Below, piece by piece: positions 59,364-64,000 of a DNA stretch of 64,000 bases. Origin of the DNA: Candidatus Binatia bacterium (GTDB lineage: Bacteria > Desulfobacterota > Binatia > UBA9968 > JAJDTQ01); NCBI GenBank assembly GCA_963666515.2, contig OY762897.2, positions 352,001 to 416,000 on the forward strand. Reading direction: 5' to 3'. Numbering within the stretch: the stretch's first letter is position 1; every line of letters begins with the position of its first letter. The notes below the pieces were generated by a model that made no database searches, was not told the DNA's origin, and was given only the letters and a program-made list of their open reading frames with translations. The translations under genes and the position numbers were made by a program.

Positions 59364-59368
59364 GACCC

Positions 59369-62300
59369 ATGCCCACGCCCGACCCACACACCCGCGCCCA
59401 TCTCGAATGGCTCGGCTTCATCCAGCCGAACGGCCTCGTGGTCTCCGCTCCGGCCCTGGTCAAGGCCGGGGCCATCCTCAACCGGCACGACGTCGAAGGA
59501 CAGGAGTTGCTCGACGTCTGGCTGAACCGGCGCGACGGGTCGCCGGCACGTACCCGCGAACCCGGCCTCCAGGACTTCCGCGAATTCGCGAAGACCGTCC
59601 TCGGCTGGGGCTTCTCGCCCAAGGGATACGCGGGCACGGACGAGGCGCCGGTCCCGGCGGAGATCGAGGTTCCCCTCCCGGACTACGGCGAGACGTTGCG
59701 CCCGGATTTTGCGGTGCGCGAGCGCGATCCCCAGGCCGGGGAATCGCCGTGGCAGTTGCTGGTGCGGGTGCTGGGCGAGGGAGAGGACTTCGACAAGCTG
59801 ACCGCGGGCGCCGGCGGACTGGAAGCTTCTCCCCAAGGCTGGATGGAGCGCCTGCTCCGCGGCGCCGGAGTCCCTGCCGGCGTCCTCTTCAACGGCGCGG
59901 CGTTGCGTCTCGTCTCGGCCCCGCGCGGCGAAAGCTCCGGCTGGATGGACTTTCGCGTCGCCGACATGGCGCAGACCGCGGGGCGGCCTTTGTGCGCGGC
60001 GCTGCGCCTCCTCCTGTGCGAGCAACGCCTCCTGGCCGGACCGAAGGAACATCGTCTGGCGGCGCTGCTCGCGGACAGCCGCCGCTATCAGAACGAGGTC
60101 AGCGAGCGGCTTTCCGAGCAGGTCATGCACGCGCTCTACGGCCTGCTCCGAGGGTTCCAGGCGGCCCACGACGCCTCCCGCGGAGAGCTGTTGCGGGAAC
60201 CGCTCTCCGCCGAAGGCGACTCCAACGACGTCTATCGCGGCCTGCTCGCCGTCATCCTCCGCCTCGTCTTCCTGCTCTATGCCGAGGAGCGCGGCATGTT
60301 GCCGGGCGACGACGAGACTTTCACCCGCCACTACTCGGTCGCCGGCCTCTACCGGCGCCTGCGCGAGGACGCGGCCCTGCACCCGGACACCATGGACCAG
60401 CGCTTCGGCGCGTGGGCGCAGCTTCTCGTGCTGTTCCGCCTCATCCACGACGGCGCCGGCGGGCACAAGACCGGAGGCACGGTCCGTCTTCCGGAACGCC
60501 GCGGCGCCCTGTTCGACCCGGACCGGTATCCGTTCCTCGAAGGCCGCGGCAGCGGCGGCGGCAGGCAGATCACCGAGCGCGTCCAGCCGCCGCTGGTCTC
60601 CGACGGCGCCGTCTACCGGGTGCTGGAGAAGCTGCTGGTCCTCGACGGCGAGCGCATTTCCTACCGCACCCTGGACGTGGAGCAGATCGGCTCCGTGTAC
60701 GAGGTCATCATGGGCTTCCGCCTGGAGACCGCCGCCGGCCGGTCCGTGGCCGTCAAATCCGCCAAGAAGCTCGGGGCGCCGAGCACCGTCAACCTGGACG
60801 AGTTGGCGAACCAGCCCTGGGAGCGTCGCGGGAAGTGGCTCCAAGACCGAGTGGACCGCACCCTCACCGATACGGTCAGGAAGGGGCTTCGGGAAGCGAA
60901 TACGGTGGATGACCTTCACTTGGCGCTGGACCGGGTGCTGGACAAGGACGCCACGCCGGACCTTGTCACTCCCGGCTCCCTGGTGCTGCAGCCCAGCGAT
61001 GAGCGGCGCCGCTCAGGCTCCAACTACACGCCGCGGGAACTGACCGAACCGATAGTCCGCCACACCCTGGAGCCCCTGCTCCATCGGCTTCGCGGCAAGG
61101 ATGGCCAAGCGCCGACTCCGGCCCGGATTCTCGACCTCAAGATCTGCGATCCGGCCATGGGTTCCGGCGCCTTTCTGGTGGAGACCTGCCGCCAGCTCGC
61201 GGACGCGCTTATCGAGGCCTGGCACACGCACGACGAGACGCCGGTAATCCCGCCTGACGAAGACGAGGTGGTCCACGCGCGCCGCCTGGTCGCGCAGCGA
61301 TGTCTCTACGGAATCGACCGGAACCCCATGGCGGTGGACTTGGCCAAGACCTCGCTGTGGCTCAGCACCCTTGCGCGGGACCATCCGCTCACCTTCCTGG
61401 ACCACGCGTTCCGTCACGGCGACTCCCTGGTCGGATTGACCCGGGAGCAGATCGAGGCGTTCCACTGGATCCCGCAGAAAGAGCGTCCCGTCGAGGGCCT
61501 CCAGATCATGAGGATGCGGGAGCACCTGATGGCGCTGGCCGCGTTGCGCCGGCGCATCAGGGACGCGGGCGAGGACGTCTCCGATCGGGAACTCCACGAA
61601 ATCTGGAAAGACGCGCGCTACGAGCTTGACGCCGTGCGGCTCCACGGCGACTTGGCGCTGGCGGCGTTCTTCGCCGAAGCCAAACCGGGGCCGAGGGAAG
61701 GGAAGCGGCGCGAATTCGCCGCGGCCGCTTGGGGTGGCCAAGCCAACCGCTACCTGGGATGGATCGGGGACCAGCGCGGCAGCGATCCGCCGCTCGCCCC
61801 GTTCCACTGGGAGATCGAGTTCCCCGAGGTGTTCGAGCGCGAGAATCCGGGATTCGATGCGTTCGTCGGAAACCCGCCTTTCGCCGGGAAGAACAACGTC
61901 GCCGCCGGCAACGTCACGGGCTATCCCGACTGGCTCAAGACCGTCCACCGGGAGAGCCACGGCAATGCCGACCTGGTCGCGCACTTCTACCGGCGCGCCT
62001 TCAACCTCCTGCGCGAAGGAGGCGCGTTCGGCCTGATCGCCACCAACACCATCGCCCAGGGCGATACCCGCTCCACGGGCCTGCGCTGGATATGCGAGAA
62101 CGGGGGAGATATCTACCGCGCCACCAAGCGGGTCAAGTGGCCCGGCGACGCCGCGGTGGTGGTCAGCGTTCTGCACGTCGCCAAGGGCGAATTTGCAGGA
62201 ACCAAGGTGCTCGACGGCAGGGACGTGGAGAACATCACCGCGTTCCTCTTCCACAAGGGCGGCCACGCCGACCCGGCGCGCCTTGAAGCGAACGCCGGCA

Positions 62301-63535
62301 AGAGCTTCCAGGGAAGCATCGTCCTCGGAATGGGCTTCACCTTCGACGATTCTGACAAGAAGGGCATCGCCAACCCCCTGTCGGAGATGCAGCGGCTGAT
62401 CGAAGCGGACCCGCGCAACGGCGAGCGCATCTTCCCTTACATCGGCGGCGAGGAGGTCAACACCAGCCCGACCCACGCGCATCACCGATACGTGATCAAC
62501 TTTGAGGACTTTCCGTTGCGTCGGGAGGATTTGGGAAAGCGGTGGGCGGATGCGGGGGAAGATTTGCGGCGGACATGGCTGCGGCGCGGGGTCGTGCCGT
62601 TGGACTATCCGGAGCCGGTGGCGACGGATTGGCCGGAGTTGCTGGGGATTCTTGAGGAGCGAGTGAAGCCGGAGAGGAGCAAGCTAACCCGGAATCCGAT
62701 TGGTCGAAAGCGAGCGGGGTTCTGGTGGCGTTACGGCTCGACGGCAAACGAACTTTACGCCGCCAGCGCCAGTCAGTCCCGAGTTTTGGTGATTTCGAGA
62801 TACGGACAAGTTGCCGCTTTCTCGTTCTTGCCTGCCGGCGCTGTCTACAGCGATTCATGCATCATATTTCCGTTCGACACCTACGCCGTCCTGTGCACCC
62901 TCCAGTCCCGCCCCCACGAGATTTGGGCGCGCTTCTTTGGCTCGTCGATGAAGGACGATCTCCGCTACACACCATCCGACTGTTTCGAGACTTTCGCTTT
63001 TCCTGGTGGCTGGGCAACGGCCAAGGGGCTGGAAGCCGCAGGCAAGGCGTATTACGAGCACCGAGTAACCCTGATGGTCAGTAACGGTGAGGGCCTGACA
63101 AGAACCTTTAACCGCTTTCATGATCCCTACGAAGATGATCCGGATATCGTCCGTCTCCGAGAACTCCACACCGCCATGGACTCCGCCGTCCTTGACGCCT
63201 ACGGTTGGACCGACATCCCCACCGACTGTGATTTCCTTCTCGACTACGAGATCGACGAAGCCACCTGGGGCACGAAGAAAAAACCGTACCGCTACCGCTG
63301 GCTCGACGAGATTCGCGACGAAGTCCTTGCTCGCCTTCTAGCCCTCAACGCCGAACGCGCCGATGAGGAAGCTTGTAAGGGGGCGAGATCCGCCACCCTA
63401 CTGAATCCGGCTTCGAAGTCCTCGCGATCACGGTACGACCGAACAACCGGACCTCAGCCGGTCCTCGAAGTTGCAGATGCAGAACTTCCCTGGGACCAAC
63501 CGACGACTCATCGACGACGCAGTCGTGATCCATAA
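59369..63535 (+). CDS. Large N6-adenine DNA methyltransferase (DrmMI/type IIG-like)
   Basis: YTP, DPAMGSGAF, GNPPF; starts 5 bp after drmD. Confidence 0.88.
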   Translation: MPTPDPHTRAHLEWLGFIQPNGLVVSAPALVKAGAILNRHDVEGQELLDVWLNRRDGSPARTREPGLQDFREFAKTVLGWGFSPKGYAGTDEAPVPAEIEVPLPDYGETLRPDFAVRERDPQAGESPWQLLVRVLGEGEDFDKLTAGAGGLEASPQGWMERLLRGAGVPAGVLFNGAALRLVSAPRGESSGWMDFRVADMAQTAGRPLCAALRLLLCEQRLLAGPKEHRLAALLADSRRYQNEVSERLSEQVMHALYGLLRGFQAAHDASRGELLREPLSAEGDSNDVYRGLLAVILRLVFLLYAEERGMLPGDDETFTRHYSVAGLYRRLREDAALHPDTMDQRFGAWAQLLVLFRLIHDGAGGHKTGGTVRLPERRGALFDPDRYPFLEGRGSGGGRQITERVQPPLVSDGAVYRVLEKLLVLDGERISYRTLDVEQIGSVYEVIMGFRLETAAGRSVAVKSAKKLGAPSTVNLDELANQPWERRGKWLQDRVDRTLTDTVRKGLREANTVDDLHLALDRVLDKDATPDLVTPGSLVLQPSDERRRSGSNYTPRELTEPIVRHTLEPLLHRLRGKDGQAPTPARILDLKICDPAMGSGAFLVETCRQLADALIEAWHTHDETPVIPPDEDEVVHARRLVAQRCLYGIDRNPMAVDLAKTSLWLSTLARDHPLTFLDHAFRHGDSLVGLTREQIEAFHWIPQKERPVEGLQIMRMREHLMALAALRRRIRDAGEDVSDRELHEIWKDARYELDAVRLHGDLALAAFFAEAKPGPREGKRREFAAAAWGGQANRYLGWIGDQRGSDPPLAPFHWEIEFPEVFERENPGFDAFVGNPPFAGKNNVAAGNVTGYPDWLKTVHRESHGNADLVAHFYRRAFNLLREGGAFGLIATNTIAQGDTRSTGLRWICENGGDIYRATKRVKWPGDAAVVVSVLHVAKGEFAGTKVLDGRDVENITAFLFHKGGHADPARLEANAGKSFQGSIVLGMGFTFDDSDKKGIANPLSEMQRLIEADPRNGERIFPYIGGEEVNTSPTHAHHRYVINFEDFPLRREDLGKRWADAGEDLRRTWLRRGVVPLDYPEPVATDWPELLGILEERVKPERSKLTRNPIGRKRAGFWWRYGSTANELYAASASQSRVLVISRYGQVAAFSFLPAGAVYSDSCIIFPFDTYAVLCTLQSRPHEIWARFFGSSMKDDLRYTPSDCFETFAFPGGWATAKGLEAAGKAYYEHRVTLMVSNGEGLTRTFNRFHDPYEDDPDIVRLRELHTAMDSAVLDAYGWTDIPTDCDFLLDYEIDEATWGTKKKPYRYRWLDEIRDEVLARLLALNAERADEEACKGARSATLLNPASKSSRSRYDRTTGPQPVLEVADAELPWDQPTTHRRRSRDP

Positions 63536-63569
63536 TGACGGTCGTGTGTTGCATAGAAAGGGTCCAGAG

Positions 63570-64000
63570 ATGTCGGCAATAATGCATCTAATGCAACTGT
63601 CCATGAACGACCGATTGGGGACGATCTCCGAGGGGATTGGCTACATCGTCGAGAATCTACGGCGATTGCAGGAAGCGGCAAAGGCGTTGCACGATGCCGA
63701 ACACTGGCAGACGTCACAGATCATGGAAGGTTTCGCAGTCGAAGAGGCGGCAAAGGTACTCATTCTCATTGACGCGGTGAGATGCCCTCCGTCAAGACGC
63801 AACGACCTGAGCAGGACGGTAGGATACTTCGACAACCATCTGGCCAAGCGGATATATGCAGAGGCGTGCAGTTGGCGACCAGGGTCATTCGAAGAACTGA
63901 AGCAATATGCCCAGCAGGCAACGCGAAGTCACTATCTCGATGGTCCAAAAGACGTGGATTGGATATTCCCAAACGAGTTCAAGGCGCGCAGAGAAGGGGA
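63570..64000 (+). CDS. AbiV-family (HEPN-like) abortive infection protein, truncated by the window edge
   Basis: Open frame absent from the ORF track: MSAIMHLMQLSMND...AVEEAAKVLIL...FDNHLAK... (EExxK and HxxK). Confidence 0.6.
   Translation, partial: MSAIMHLMQLSMNDRLGTISEGIGYIVENLRRLQEAAKALHDAEHWQTSQIMEGFAVEEAAKVLILIDAVRCPPSRRNDLSRTVGYFDNHLAKRIYAEACSWRPGSFEELKQYAQQATRSHYLDGPKDVDWIFPNEFKARREG

Noticed and set aside
58334-59368. N-terminal extension of the methyltransferase; similar extensions at 7732-8436, 31367-31795 and 33928-35028
   Set aside because: They overlap real upstream genes and are low-complexity Arg/Ala/Pro; downstream starts fit better
1-64000. tRNA, rRNA, integrase or prophage genes
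   Set aside because: None recognised by eye; tRNAscan-SE was not run

Overview
High-GC bacterial chromosomal window. The gene content (several LLM-class oxidoreductases, bicupins, a Bug/TctC-type binding protein, NitT/TauT and Liv-type ABC transporters, FN3/LRR surface protein, many TA modules) resembles sponge-associated Binatia/deltaproteobacterial genomes, but this is an inference only. Left end (1-6.9 kb): defence/TA islet with a coupled unknown-gene/ABC-ATPase(DUF3696-type)/PLD-like operon, two MNT-HEPN pairs, and an XRE-regulated conserved gene plus parDE bounded by a 40-bp direct repeat. Middle: ABC transporters, a five-glycosyltransferase/galE cluster, catabolic genes (gentisate-dioxygenase-like cupin, OCD family, atypical M20, hydrolases, LLMs, XDH-family Mo-enzyme), sfsA, oligopeptidase B, and REP-like repeats. 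A ~2,700-aa FN3-LRR-Ig-like autotransporter gene is split by an IS1380 element, which is itself split by an IS4 element; both junctions reconstitute in frame. The top observation is a CDGSH-cupin-GST-larE cluster in which the GST has an in-frame UGA at the catalytic-Cys position (U-P-Y-A) followed by a bacterial SECIS-like hairpin. This is a probable selenoprotein that the ORF track truncates. Right end: DISARM-like drmD helicase and methyltransferase followed by a truncated AbiV-like gene. No CRISPR array, rRNA or tRNA was recognised.
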